A DNA stretch of 64,000 nucleotides, from sequence record NC_041878.1. One strand, written 5' to 3'. The position numbers and the translations under genes were made by a program. Below are positions 17,429-26,572 of the stretch, one piece after another. Below the pieces are notes generated by a model. It was given only the letters and a program-made list of their open reading frames with translations. It was not told the origin of the DNA and made no database searches. How positions within the stretch are numbered: the first letter of the stretch is position 1; every line of letters begins with the position of its first letter.

Positions 17429-17463
17429 AGCAAGAACAATGCTTTAGCCCATAGGGTGCAGGA
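17429..17463 (+). ncRNA. two-hairpin element copy 10
   Basis: AGCA-AGAACAA-TGCT-TTA-GCCC-ATA-GGGT-GCAGGA after TTGACT..TATTAT. Confidence 0.65.
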
Positions 17464-17583
17464 GTGTAGTTATAGTATAAGGATGTAGTACTGAAAGAAA
17501 TATAAAGTTAAATGAAAAATTCCCTTGCTTTCTTTCTTTCGTGTGGTATACTTTAGTTATTGAAACAGAGCGGAGTTTGAAAA

Positions 17584-17826
17584 ATGTCTAAATCAGGAAT
17601 CGAATTTAAAGTGCGGAAATGGTCTGAGCATGGTGCAAGACGCCCATTCGATGTAGTAGCACTGGATCACGACAACAACAAACAGCACTACCAGCCAGGC
17701 TGCACTTTCAGTACTGAGGATGGGGCAGAGCGTCACGCTCAAGTACTGGCACAGCGTATTAAAGACAATGCAAACACTATTAAGTTTATTCGTGATTGCT
17801 GGCCTGTAGACGGCGGGATCGAATAA
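17584..17826 (+). CDS. hypothetical protein
   Basis: SD GGAG; own promoter. Confidence 0.75.
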   Translation: MSKSGIEFKVRKWSEHGARRPFDVVALDHDNNKQHYQPGCTFSTEDGAERHAQVLAQRIKDNANTIKFIRDCWPVDGGIE

Positions 17827-17905
17827 AAATTCAAATGAAAAAGTACTGGACAATCTAAGTTTAGTACTTTATAATTTAAATACAAAACGAATTGAGGAAC
17901 TGATT

Positions 17906-18793
17906 ATGTTGAAAATGTATAAAGGTATCAATGGCTTGGCACTGAAAGCTAACCGTCCACTGAACAGAACTGAACTGTTAGAAGTTGTACCTTCAATTTT
18001 CGCTATCGAAGGGCATTCTTCACGTAGTTCACGTTTTGCACCAGTTGCTACTATCGACGTGGTAGACCGCCTGGCACAAGAAAACTACTTCCCGATGTAC
18101 GCGATTCAATCGCAGACTCGCGATGTATCTAAACGTGATTATACTAAACATATGATCCGTTTTCGTAAGCCTGGCGATCGTGAAGGTGAAGCAAATGAAA
18201 TCATCCTGGTTAACGCCAACGATGGTACAAGTGCGTATCAGTTAATGGCAGGTCAATTCCGTTTTGTTTGTTCGAACGGTTTAGTTATGGGTGAAATGTC
18301 TCATAACACTAAGATCTACCATAAAGGTACTGACATTATGGATGATGTTATTGAAGGCGTTTATACAGTAGTTAAAGACTTTGACGAAATCGAACGTTAT
18401 AAAAAGGAAATGAAACAGATCCAGTTAAGTACTGCACAACGTGATTCATTCGCAATGACGGCGTACATCATGAAAGAAGGTTTACCAGAAAACGGTGATT
18501 GGGCGAATGCTGTATATCAACCACGTTTGTTACTTTCTGGTAAAGATCTTAACACGGATGATCGTTATGATAACAGTCTGTATAGTACTTTTAACACTGT
18601 ACAGCAACACATGATGGCTGGTGGTCAGCGTGGATATAACCCGCAAACTGGTCGCCGTCGCTCAAGCCGTGAAGTAACTAACATCGATAAAAACATCGAA
18701 CTGAATAGTAACTTATGGAAAGCTGCAATGAACATGGTTGACCAGTACGATTTACTGAAAAACGCAGATCCAGAAGAGATTCTGCAATTTTAA
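17906..18793 (+). CDS. DUF932/DUF945 family protein
   Basis: SRSSRFAPVATIDVV, TKHMIRFR, EIILVNANDGTSAYQLMAGQFRFVCSNGLV. Confidence 0.9.
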   Translation: MLKMYKGINGLALKANRPLNRTELLEVVPSIFAIEGHSSRSSRFAPVATIDVVDRLAQENYFPMYAIQSQTRDVSKRDYTKHMIRFRKPGDREGEANEIILVNANDGTSAYQLMAGQFRFVCSNGLVMGEMSHNTKIYHKGTDIMDDVIEGVYTVVKDFDEIERYKKEMKQIQLSTAQRDSFAMTAYIMKEGLPENGDWANAVYQPRLLLSGKDLNTDDRYDNSLYSTFNTVQQHMMAGGQRGYNPQTGRRRSSREVTNIDKNIELNSNLWKAAMNMVDQYDLLKNADPEEILQF

Positions 18794-18868
18794 AAGCTAA
18801 AAGGGGTTGACAATTGGTTAGCCCCTAAGCTATACTCATATCTGACAAGTAAACGGAGTAACGGAACC

Positions 18869-19207
18869 ATGAGCATGAATTTTTTCATCATGACCAATAC
18901 AACGAAAGACGGTCACACAGAGTACGGCAATACTGAGTATGTAATTGTAGGGCAGGATCGTTTAGGTCGCCGTTACCGTCTGGATTCATCAGCATTGACG
19001 AACGCAGATAAAACTGATCGTGAATGCCGTGATATACAGAACCGTCGCATTATGCGTATGCTTCAAAGTATCGCGTATGGTCAGAAGGTCGATCTTAATA
19101 ACTGGACTGAGATCGAACCAGCATACGAATCTGAGGCTTTCTATAAGTTAGATACTAAGAAGCGTATCACGCTGGAACAAAAACACGTTGAGATGTACGG
19201 TGTTTAA
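18869..19207 (+). CDS. hypothetical protein
   Basis: SD GGAG/GGA; own promoter. Confidence 0.8.
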   Translation: MSMNFFIMTNTTKDGHTEYGNTEYVIVGQDRLGRRYRLDSSALTNADKTDRECRDIQNRRIMRMLQSIAYGQKVDLNNWTEIEPAYESEAFYKLDTKKRITLEQKHVEMYGV

Positions 19208-19410
19208 CTTATAGTACTGCAAGATCCATGCCAGGGCAACCAAATAACGGTTGCCCTTTTTTGTATTCAGCGTATAATAAATTTCGGTTAAATGTTGATT
19301 TATATCAAGTTTCTTATTGCAGGTTTTGTAAATCATGCTACGGTGCTATTGACAGATTAGGAGTAGTCTGAGATAATAGCCCTACGTTGAGCGAAGCGAG
19401 TAATAATAAT

Positions 19411-19641
19411 ATGATCAGTGTTGGCAGCAGTGAATTAGAAGCATTAAAGATCCGTTGGTATCAATTAGCCATTGACGGCAAGCCAGTTATCGGAGAAGAT
19501 AAGAAGTTGTTCGACTCTTTAAACTGTTACGTACAGGACGAATTAAAAAAGGCATATCTCTTAGGCGTTGGCGACGAACAAGAAACCTGGATGATACCAC
19601 AAAATCAATCCAGTACTAATAAAGTTAGTCAAAAACAATAA
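19411..19641 (+). CDS. hypothetical protein, paralog of 20533..20709
   Basis: Shared SEL...WY.L...G....G.D..LF.SL.....EL..AY..G. Confidence 0.7.
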   Translation: MISVGSSELEALKIRWYQLAIDGKPVIGEDKKLFDSLNCYVQDELKKAYLLGVGDEQETWMIPQNQSSTNKVSQKQ

Positions 19642-19718
19642 TCCAAATTCTTCTAAAAAGGGTTGACTTAGGTTAGCCCTTTTTGCTATACTCTTTTTAC
19701 ACCAACAAATAAGAGTAC

Positions 19719-20072
19719 TTGACAATGTTAGACATTTATATCAGAAGTGACTTAGTGCCAGATGGTTGTGATGAATGCGGTACTCCAAAAGAAAAAACAG
19801 AGTACTACATTATTGCTGAATCAGAAACCGGCCAGCGTCTTAGATTAGAAAGTGTTTCCATTGTGAACCGCGATTATACGGATGAACAATGTGAAGCGTA
19901 TCTTCAACCAACTGTAGATAAAATTAAAAATCATTTAGCTGGTGGCGGTAAACTTAATCCTGATTATTGGTGCGAGATCGATCCACGTTACGGATCTAAA
20001 CGTTACCAGGATTTAGATAGTACTGGCTTCTTCTATCAACGCGAGAAACGCGAAGATACTTATCGCGATTAA
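19719..20072 (+). CDS. hypothetical protein
   Basis: ORF; start TTG 19719 or ATG 19725. Confidence 0.75.
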   Translation: MTMLDIYIRSDLVPDGCDECGTPKEKTEYYIIAESETGQRLRLESVSIVNRDYTDEQCEAYLQPTVDKIKNHLAGGGKLNPDYWCEIDPRYGSKRYQDLDSTGFFYQREKREDTYRD

Positions 20073-20271
20073 GTAAACACCAATTCAAGATAATTTCGAG
20101 TACTTGACAAATCAAATACCAGTACTCGAAATTTTCATTTAGTGATCAGCAGTTGTCTAAATTTTCGTGAGTGCGTGAACGTGTATACGAATGCGTATGA
20201 TATGTGCGTTATATACTTGCATATGTATCTGTATACGTGTATACTATCTATAATGAATAAGGAGATACAAC

Positions 20272-20463
20272 ATGACCAAAGCACAGTTTGAAAGTAAAGT
20301 CGATGATGTTATCAACTTAGTAACTCATTCCAGTATCACAATACCAGCAGCAGTTGAAAAGGTATGCGGCGAACCCATCAATAAAGAGAATAGCGAACTG
20401 CAATTCTCATTACAAGATGCAGTTGAAAAAGAATTGCATCCTGAATGGTGGATTAAACAATAA
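20272..20463 (+). CDS. small hypothetical protein
   Basis: SD AAGGAG. Confidence 0.75.
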   Translation: MTKAQFESKVDDVINLVTHSSITIPAAVEKVCGEPINKENSELQFSLQDAVEKELHPEWWIKQ

Positions 20464-20532
20464 ACTTTGTACTTGACAACTATATATCAGTACTGATATA
20501 CTAACCACACATTAAGCGAGAAAGGAAACATC

Positions 20533-20709
20533 ATGGTACAGGTAGATTTGTCAGAACTCAGAACGAAATGGTACAACCTGGGGAAAGCGGGTACTGCAAT
20601 TGCTGGTACTGATGCAGAACTGTTTAACTCACTCGATCCGTGGCAAAAACGGGAACTCCGCAACGCCTACGTTGAAGGAACTACGGAAGCCCTTTCAACC
20701 GTAGCATAA
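20533..20709 (+). CDS. small protein (58 aa, not in track), paralog of 19411..19641
   Basis: SD AAGGA; MVQVDLSELRTKWYNLGKAG... Confidence 0.75.
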   Translation: MVQVDLSELRTKWYNLGKAGTAIAGTDAELFNSLDPWQKRELRNAYVEGTTEALSTVA

Positions 20710-20821
20710 CTCTAACAGGCTATCTTATCATAAAAGTGTTGGCAAAGTCCAGCACTTTTTTTCGTTTTGAAGCAAAAAAATTCCTTGACCTTCCCTGCGA
20801 TATTTGAGAGAATACCTACAA

Positions 20822-20854
20822 GCCAGAACAAAGGCGTAGCCCACCGGGTGCATA
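20822..20854 (+). ncRNA. two-hairpin element copy 11
   Basis: GCC-AGAACAAA-GGC-GTA-GCCC-ACC-GGGT-GCATA after TTGACC..AGAAT. Confidence 0.65.
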
Positions 20855-20892
20855 GGCACGTCCAAAATTCAGTACTCAAATTTTAGATAGAT

Positions 20893-20926
20893 CTCCGCAC
20901 CCTGTGGGTCAGACCGTTACACCGGT
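20893..20926 (-). ncRNA. two-hairpin element copy 12 (convergent with copy 11)
   Basis: ACCG-GTGTAA-CGGT-CTG-ACCC-ACA-GGGT-GCGGAG after minus TTGCAT..TATAAT. Confidence 0.7.
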
Positions 20927-21112
20927 TTATGTACTTATTATACATCAACCACGAATCAATGCAATACCCTAGAGAAAATAAAATTATAAATTCAAACGAA
21001 AAAATACTTGTATTTGTTTGCTGGTGGAGTTAATATCTATTCATCGAAACAAACAACGGCAAGACGAAACAGCCGATAACGTCAAGCCCAACTACGCCTA
21101 GAGGAATTCATC

Positions 21113-21382
21113 ATGAGAGTAACAACACTGATTAAAAAACTGTTTGGTGAAGATTCAATTGCTGATTACATGGAAACGCTTGATTCAGAGGACAAAGAAT
21201 CAGTACTGGAGTTTTATACTATCCAGCGTGAAGAAGATGCAAGTGAACCAGATTACTTTGTAAAACTTTTCACCGATGGTCTGTACCAGGTTAAAGATCT
21301 TAAAGGTAATACTATCGTTCACACTTATGATGTGAAAGAATTAAAAAAACAATTAAAAGTACTTGCACAATCTTCTAACTAA
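21113..21382 (+). CDS. acidic hypothetical protein
   Basis: SD GAGGA. Confidence 0.75.
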   Translation: MRVTTLIKKLFGEDSIADYMETLDSEDKESVLEFYTIQREEDASEPDYFVKLFTDGLYQVKDLKGNTIVHTYDVKELKKQLKVLAQSSN

Positions 21383-21451
21383 TAGTATCTTATCTGTGTC
21401 GGACGGGAACAGGGTTACATAGTGTAACCCGCTCGCTCCAGGAGATTCATC

Positions 21452-22009
21452 ATGACCATCATCGCCCTTCTTTCTTCTGTTGCTGCTGTTGCTAACCTAG
21501 CTGATGTTGATTCCGTTATTATCATGGACGGTGAAAACAACTACTATGATGATTCCGATTTTTACTATGTTGGTGTTAACATCAAAACAGGTGAATACTT
21601 CAAACACTATCATAGTACTACACGTGCTTACGGTTTCAGAGATCTCCCAAAAAGTGTTTGCATTAATGCCCTGGCTGACAATGTACAGGAAGACGTTAGA
21701 GCTATGTATAAACAGGCTTGCATCAATGAAGCACGTCGCCTGATGGATACTGATTACGATTATATTATCAGTACTGGTGATACTGTTAAAGTAACAAACA
21801 CTCGTGCCAGAAAGCACAAAGGAGAAACTTTTGTGGTTACTCATACCAGTACGTATGAAGATAACTATGGTCGTACACAGACTGTTTACCTTCACGGCGG
21901 TGATGATGTTAAGACTAGCCGCACTAACTGCACTCGTATTGCAGTAGGCGATGCAGTCATTAACAAAGTAGCAGAACGCTTAGCGGTAGGGCTGGCGATT
22001 AAATTCTAA
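21452..22009 (+). CDS. hypothetical protein
   Basis: SD AGGAG; leader hairpin GGGTTAC/GTAACCC. Confidence 0.8.
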   Translation: MTIIALLSSVAAVANLADVDSVIIMDGENNYYDDSDFYYVGVNIKTGEYFKHYHSTTRAYGFRDLPKSVCINALADNVQEDVRAMYKQACINEARRLMDTDYDYIISTGDTVKVTNTRARKHKGETFVVTHTSTYEDNYGRTQTVYLHGGDDVKTSRTNCTRIAVGDAVINKVAERLAVGLAIKF

Positions 22010-22090
22010 AAGTACTAAGTACAATAGTACTTGACAAATACGAAAGGCCGCTGTCATAATGACGGCGGCTTACTTTATGGGATTAACTTT

Positions 22091-22291
22091 ATGTTTAATG
22101 TGATTGGATGTTTAGGCGTCAGTGTTGGACAGGCTGACAGTATTGATATGGCTACGCTGTTAGTACTGCGACAGATAGCAATAGGAGCTAAGAAGGTACG
22201 CACCATGCGTAACGCTCTCTCACGCCTTACCACAGGGCAGGAATACCACGTGGAATACGGTGGCTCAGGCTGTACCATACGCCGCTTATAA
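22091..22291 (+). CDS. small hypothetical protein
   Basis: GC-richer ORF; start uncertain. Confidence 0.5.
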   Translation: MFNVIGCLGVSVGQADSIDMATLLVLRQIAIGAKKVRTMRNALSRLTTGQEYHVEYGGSGCTIRRL

Positions 22292-22519
22292 GTGCTTACA
22301 GAAAGGATTTAAGTACTTTTATCTAAGGTCAAAAAATATTTGATTCAAAATAAAAGTACTTGACTTTTAAAATGCATAGGTAATCCCTTCATATTTCTAT
22401 ATGTAACATTGTTGCACTATGAAATAAATTTTTGCTTACTAAAGGCCAGTAACGCTTAGCGAGGCATAATTCCGGTATTACCTTATACATATAGAACATT
22501 CGGGGAAATTTGGAGAACT

Positions 22520-23107
22520 ATGGATATACAAAAATACGAAGTACTGAAAAACATATACTTGAATACTTGGGAGCATATTGTTCCCATGATGCAATTCAGG
22601 GTATCTAAAGCTATGAAGAAACTCGATGAGCGGTACTCTGCGAGTTACGGTACTTGGCAAGAGGGAGAAGGATTCAATCACTTTTTCAGACTATTCGATG
22701 CCGAGCACAATGAATATATGGATGGTGGTTTAGTATTTGAGATGAGTTACAATACTAGTACTAAGTACTTCAGTACTTTCAGTACCGATAACAATAACAG
22801 TATTCGCATTGCTCACTGGAAACCTGATCATCCACGATTCTACGCACTGTACGATCCAGACAATGCTAAACAGGGTACAAGTCATACTTTCATTCAATTT
22901 CCTTGCGATACTGATTACTTCTTTCAGCGTATGCTTGTGCAGGAAACATTGGATTACGATGATTACGAACTGTGGGATACAGAGGTACAGGTAATGCGTG
23001 AAGTACTGAAAGATAGTCCTGCGGTAAGTGTTGGTATGATGTGTAAAGACCTTGAATTACATCCTGACGTAATAGTGTACTTCGCAAAAGAGTTTTTTAA
23101 GGAATAA
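22520..23107 (+). CDS. paralog-array protein 1
   Basis: SD GGAG; FPCDTDYFFQRM motif. Confidence 0.8.
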   Translation: MDIQKYEVLKNIYLNTWEHIVPMMQFRVSKAMKKLDERYSASYGTWQEGEGFNHFFRLFDAEHNEYMDGGLVFEMSYNTSTKYFSTFSTDNNNSIRIAHWKPDHPRFYALYDPDNAKQGTSHTFIQFPCDTDYFFQRMLVQETLDYDDYELWDTEVQVMREVLKDSPAVSVGMMCKDLELHPDVIVYFAKEFFKE

Positions 23108-23109
23108 GA

Positions 23110-23721
23110 ATGAAACTAATGTTATTTCTTAAACTGGTAGATAAGCTAGTACTGATAAGTAATGAATTACAGGATGCAAGAGATACTTCTTATGGTTCAT
23201 ACGTACCACAAGAGTTGAGTACAGGGTTGAAGTTCACTCTATCTAGTAATAGTACACGTACACAATTGGAAGTACTGGTAGATACAGGATACCATATGCT
23301 AGTGAATTTATATTACTGGCAGGAGATTCACAGTACTTTACGTAATGATGAGTATCTTAAAATTTGTACGTACTTACCAGCGTTCTACAATAATAATGTT
23401 CATCGTGAAATGGACAGAGTGTTGTTTAAGGCTCCTAATACTTTTCCTGTACTTCCTTACGATCAGTGCTTTGATGAAGATGTACTTGAGCCTTTAATGT
23501 TTCAGCTTCTTACAAAGTACACGGAGAATGAAGTACAGTCTATGGTAGCAGTTCGTTACTTATGTCCACTCTTAACAGATGTTGAACGATTTGCTATAGA
23601 GTACTTTCCGGTTATAGGCTTAGATTTTAGGGCTTTATCTTTCTTGAGTGAACAAGATATATTAGAACTGATTGATTACATTGATGAGATAAAAAATGTT
23701 ACAAGTACTACAAACATATGA
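23110..23721 (+). CDS. paralog-array protein 2
   Basis: LEPLMFQLLTKY motif. Confidence 0.8.
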   Translation: MKLMLFLKLVDKLVLISNELQDARDTSYGSYVPQELSTGLKFTLSSNSTRTQLEVLVDTGYHMLVNLYYWQEIHSTLRNDEYLKICTYLPAFYNNNVHREMDRVLFKAPNTFPVLPYDQCFDEDVLEPLMFQLLTKYTENEVQSMVAVRYLCPLLTDVERFAIEYFPVIGLDFRALSFLSEQDILELIDYIDEIKNVTSTTNI

Positions 23722-24328
23722 ATGGTTCAAGGAAGTACTGAAGCGTACAAATACTTTTGAGGATATTCTTTTACAGGAAATTCTTCTGTACGAGTATAAT
23801 GGTGTACGATTAGAATTAATACGATTAGAATTAAACCGTATGAGCAACGCAAGAACCATATTAACGGCAACTGCAATAGGTAACGATGTTGATTATGAAA
23901 TATTCAAGTACGTAATATATAAGGATATAAGTACTGTTCATCCTAACATTTATTGGTTTAATGAAAATGATTGTAATCTTTCTTATTCCGTATTACACAA
24001 TGATACTATTAGGTTTAAACAATATAAACGGGATGGTTCTGAAGATACTAGCAGTATTGCAGTACTGGACTATCCTTTACAGGAAGAACAAGTATTTCAG
24101 CAATTAACTCGTTTTGATATTCCAGAAGAAGAGTATATAAATCGTTTTGTACGGGCTTCAGAAGAAATCATGTCTGGATTACCTGAGTTGTGTAATATTA
24201 CTTTCAGGGCTGGATACATTTGTAATCAAATAAATGAAACGAATCATAAAATTATGGTACAATCAGTTATGGATTGCATGAGGCATCTGGAGCTTGAAGA
24301 ACAGATGCGGATTGAAAAAACGCGATAA
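23696..24328 (+). CDS. paralog-array protein 3
   Basis: YPLQEEQVFQQLTRFDIP motif. Confidence 0.8.
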   Translation: MLQVLQTYEWFKEVLKRTNTFEDILLQEILLYEYNGVRLELIRLELNRMSNARTILTATAIGNDVDYEIFKYVIYKDISTVHPNIYWFNENDCNLSYSVLHNDTIRFKQYKRDGSEDTSSIAVLDYPLQEEQVFQQLTRFDIPEEEYINRFVRASEEIMSGLPELCNITFRAGYICNQINETNHKIMVQSVMDCMRHLELEEQMRIEKTR

Positions 24329-24458
24329 TTATGAAGCATAAATAAGTGTTATCCAAAATTTATTTGTTCAAAAAATAGTCAAAAAAATTTCCGCTTCTCA
24401 TTATAGTATCAAGATAAAATGGCGGCGGCACGTGGCGACGGGGGAAGGTTCAGGCAGG

Positions 24459-25058
24459 ATGAAGAATTGTGAGTTATTAAAAGAGTTTCATGAAAAGTAC
24501 TACGATTTTATTTCTGTCGCAGAAACTTTTCGTACAGCATTAGTTAATCGTAAATCTGAATCACCACATAAGACTTGTGATATGGGTGGAACATGTGGAG
24601 ATTACAGTGCACGGTTTAAAGTATATGACGATTCAGTTGCCATTAAAATTAATGGAAATGATTTCAGTTTTACATACTATGCTATGTTTGATAGTTTGAC
24701 TGGAAAAAATGTCTTTTTTGGTATTGACAGTACTAGTGAAATTGAATTCGGTAAACCAGAAATAAACAATGCCTTTCATATCTGTGGTGAGAACATTGAT
24801 CGTGAAATGCAGTATCCTATTCAGGAAGATCAGTACTTTCAATTTTTAACTATTGCACCGTTGAGCAATGAAGAAGTGTATAAGTACTTCATGGATATTG
24901 ATATTGACCATACGTGTGATATTCAACTTATTACGCAAGATAATGGTGTACAAGATTTCCGAGATTTAATGCAGAATGGTTCAGTTATGAAAGAGCTAAA
25001 ACGGCATCTGGATTTAGTTAGTGCTGCATATAGAATGACAAATGGATTAGTATTATGA
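24459..25058 (+). CDS. paralog-array protein 4
   Basis: YPIQEDQYFQFLT motif. Confidence 0.8.
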   Translation: MKNCELLKEFHEKYYDFISVAETFRTALVNRKSESPHKTCDMGGTCGDYSARFKVYDDSVAIKINGNDFSFTYYAMFDSLTGKNVFFGIDSTSEIEFGKPEINNAFHICGENIDREMQYPIQEDQYFQFLTIAPLSNEEVYKYFMDIDIDHTCDIQLITQDNGVQDFRDLMQNGSVMKELKRHLDLVSAAYRMTNGLVL

Positions 25059-25576
25059 GTGAGAACATTTACAACAAAGCAAAGTTTTACGTTGACAAAG
25101 TACTTTACATATTTGCTGGTTTAGATAAGTGCAAGCAACAATTAGAACAACGTTCATGCCAATATTATGTGAAGTATAAATTTAATAAAAACAGCTTCTG
25201 TTACCGTTACGACAGATTTCAGAGTTTTAGAATACTGGCTCAAAGAAATGATAGTAGAGGGTTTTTTAAAAGTTCAAATAATTACTGGATAGATCATAGT
25301 GGTACAAACTCTATGCCTGGTTTTGATCGTGCCTTTATGGAGATCCATGAGTTCACTGAAGATGTGGATTTCATGTTAAGTACATTATTTGATGATAAAG
25401 ATTTGTATCATTATTATGTAGGTTCTCTATTATACACATCAGGTTTTCGTGGATTTGTACAAAAAGATATTAGTCATAATACTCTAAACGCATTAATAAG
25501 ACATGTTGATGATATGTATGTAAGTCGAGATAAATTATGGTACACACCAAAAACTTCCCCTACTTTCAACTTTTAG
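25055..25576 (+). CDS. probable paralog-array protein 5
   Basis: FTEDVDFMLSTLFD motif. Confidence 0.75.
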   Translation: MSENIYNKAKFYVDKVLYIFAGLDKCKQQLEQRSCQYYVKYKFNKNSFCYRYDRFQSFRILAQRNDSRGFFKSSNNYWIDHSGTNSMPGFDRAFMEIHEFTEDVDFMLSTLFDDKDLYHYYVGSLLYTSGFRGFVQKDISHNTLNALIRHVDDMYVSRDKLWYTPKTSPTFNF

Positions 25577-26139
25577 AAATAGTAAAAGTACTGGCGAGAA
25601 TTCGTGGAAAATCTGTTTCTCATCACTGGAACGATGGTGAAGCACGAAATTATTTTCATGGTGGATCAAATACGACATATCGTTCTCTAACTTTCAGTAT
25701 TAATGAGACAAGTACTTATACTGCTAAACATACTCGTTTTAAGTTATCGTGCTGTACTATACATGATACTGGTGTTGCCTTTAGTGAAAACTGTACTCTT
25801 GATGTATGCTTTGATGTTGCGTGGTTCATGAGTGGTATTAATCATCATAAAAATAAAATAGTACTGAACAACATAGAAAGTGATGTTATGCAGATTGGAA
25901 TAGATTGTGATGACAATTGCATCAATTTAAAGGATGAGAATTTTACTGAAGAATGGTTATTTCAGTTAATGACTCGTTATGACATTCCACATTATGAGGA
26001 TATGTTAGTACTTAAAGAGATGCGTCAACATATGATGCAGTACGATTATCCATTTAGTTTTTCTCTTACATATAACAATGAAGAAGATTTGGAATTGTTT
26101 TTAGACAAAACTTATAACTTTTTACTTGAACAGGAATAA
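25537..26139 (+). CDS. paralog-array protein 6
   Basis: FTEEWLFQLMTRYDIP motif. Confidence 0.8.
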   Translation: MVHTKNFPYFQLLEIVKVLARIRGKSVSHHWNDGEARNYFHGGSNTTYRSLTFSINETSTYTAKHTRFKLSCCTIHDTGVAFSENCTLDVCFDVAWFMSGINHHKNKIVLNNIESDVMQIGIDCDDNCINLKDENFTEEWLFQLMTRYDIPHYEDMLVLKEMRQHMMQYDYPFSFSLTYNNEEDLELFLDKTYNFLLEQE

Positions 26140-26145
26140 CTTCAG

Positions 26146-26559
26146 ATGATTGTTTTCCATGCTGGTACTGTAAAGATTGAGAAATTTTATATTCCTTATG
26201 GTGGAATACATAGTGCAATAGAATGTGCACTACGTCACATACATTATGGTCGTCTTAAAGGACATGATATAGATACTATTCACATTCATCGGTGCGAACT
26301 TCTCAGTACTTCATTCTATGAGAGTGAGGATATGGGCGGTGATAGTGCATGGAAGAAATTGAATGATGAACTATTTGACCTAGACGTTGATTTTGATTTC
26401 ATTAAATATATCAACAAACATGAACCTGATGTGGTTCCATCGTATTGTACTTTCAGGACTGGTTTAGTCAAAATTATCGATCACAGTACTATGCATATGG
26501 ATGTAGCTGAAGATATTTTAAATGGTACATACAGCGATGAGTACCGGTATTCTTATTGA
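26146..26559 (+). CDS. hypothetical protein
   Basis: ORF. Confidence 0.75.
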   Translation: MIVFHAGTVKIEKFYIPYGGIHSAIECALRHIHYGRLKGHDIDTIHIHRCELLSTSFYESEDMGGDSAWKKLNDELFDLDVDFDFIKYINKHEPDVVPSYCTFRTGLVKIIDHSTMHMDVAEDILNGTYSDEYRYSY

Positions 26560-26572
26560 AATGGATTTATAA

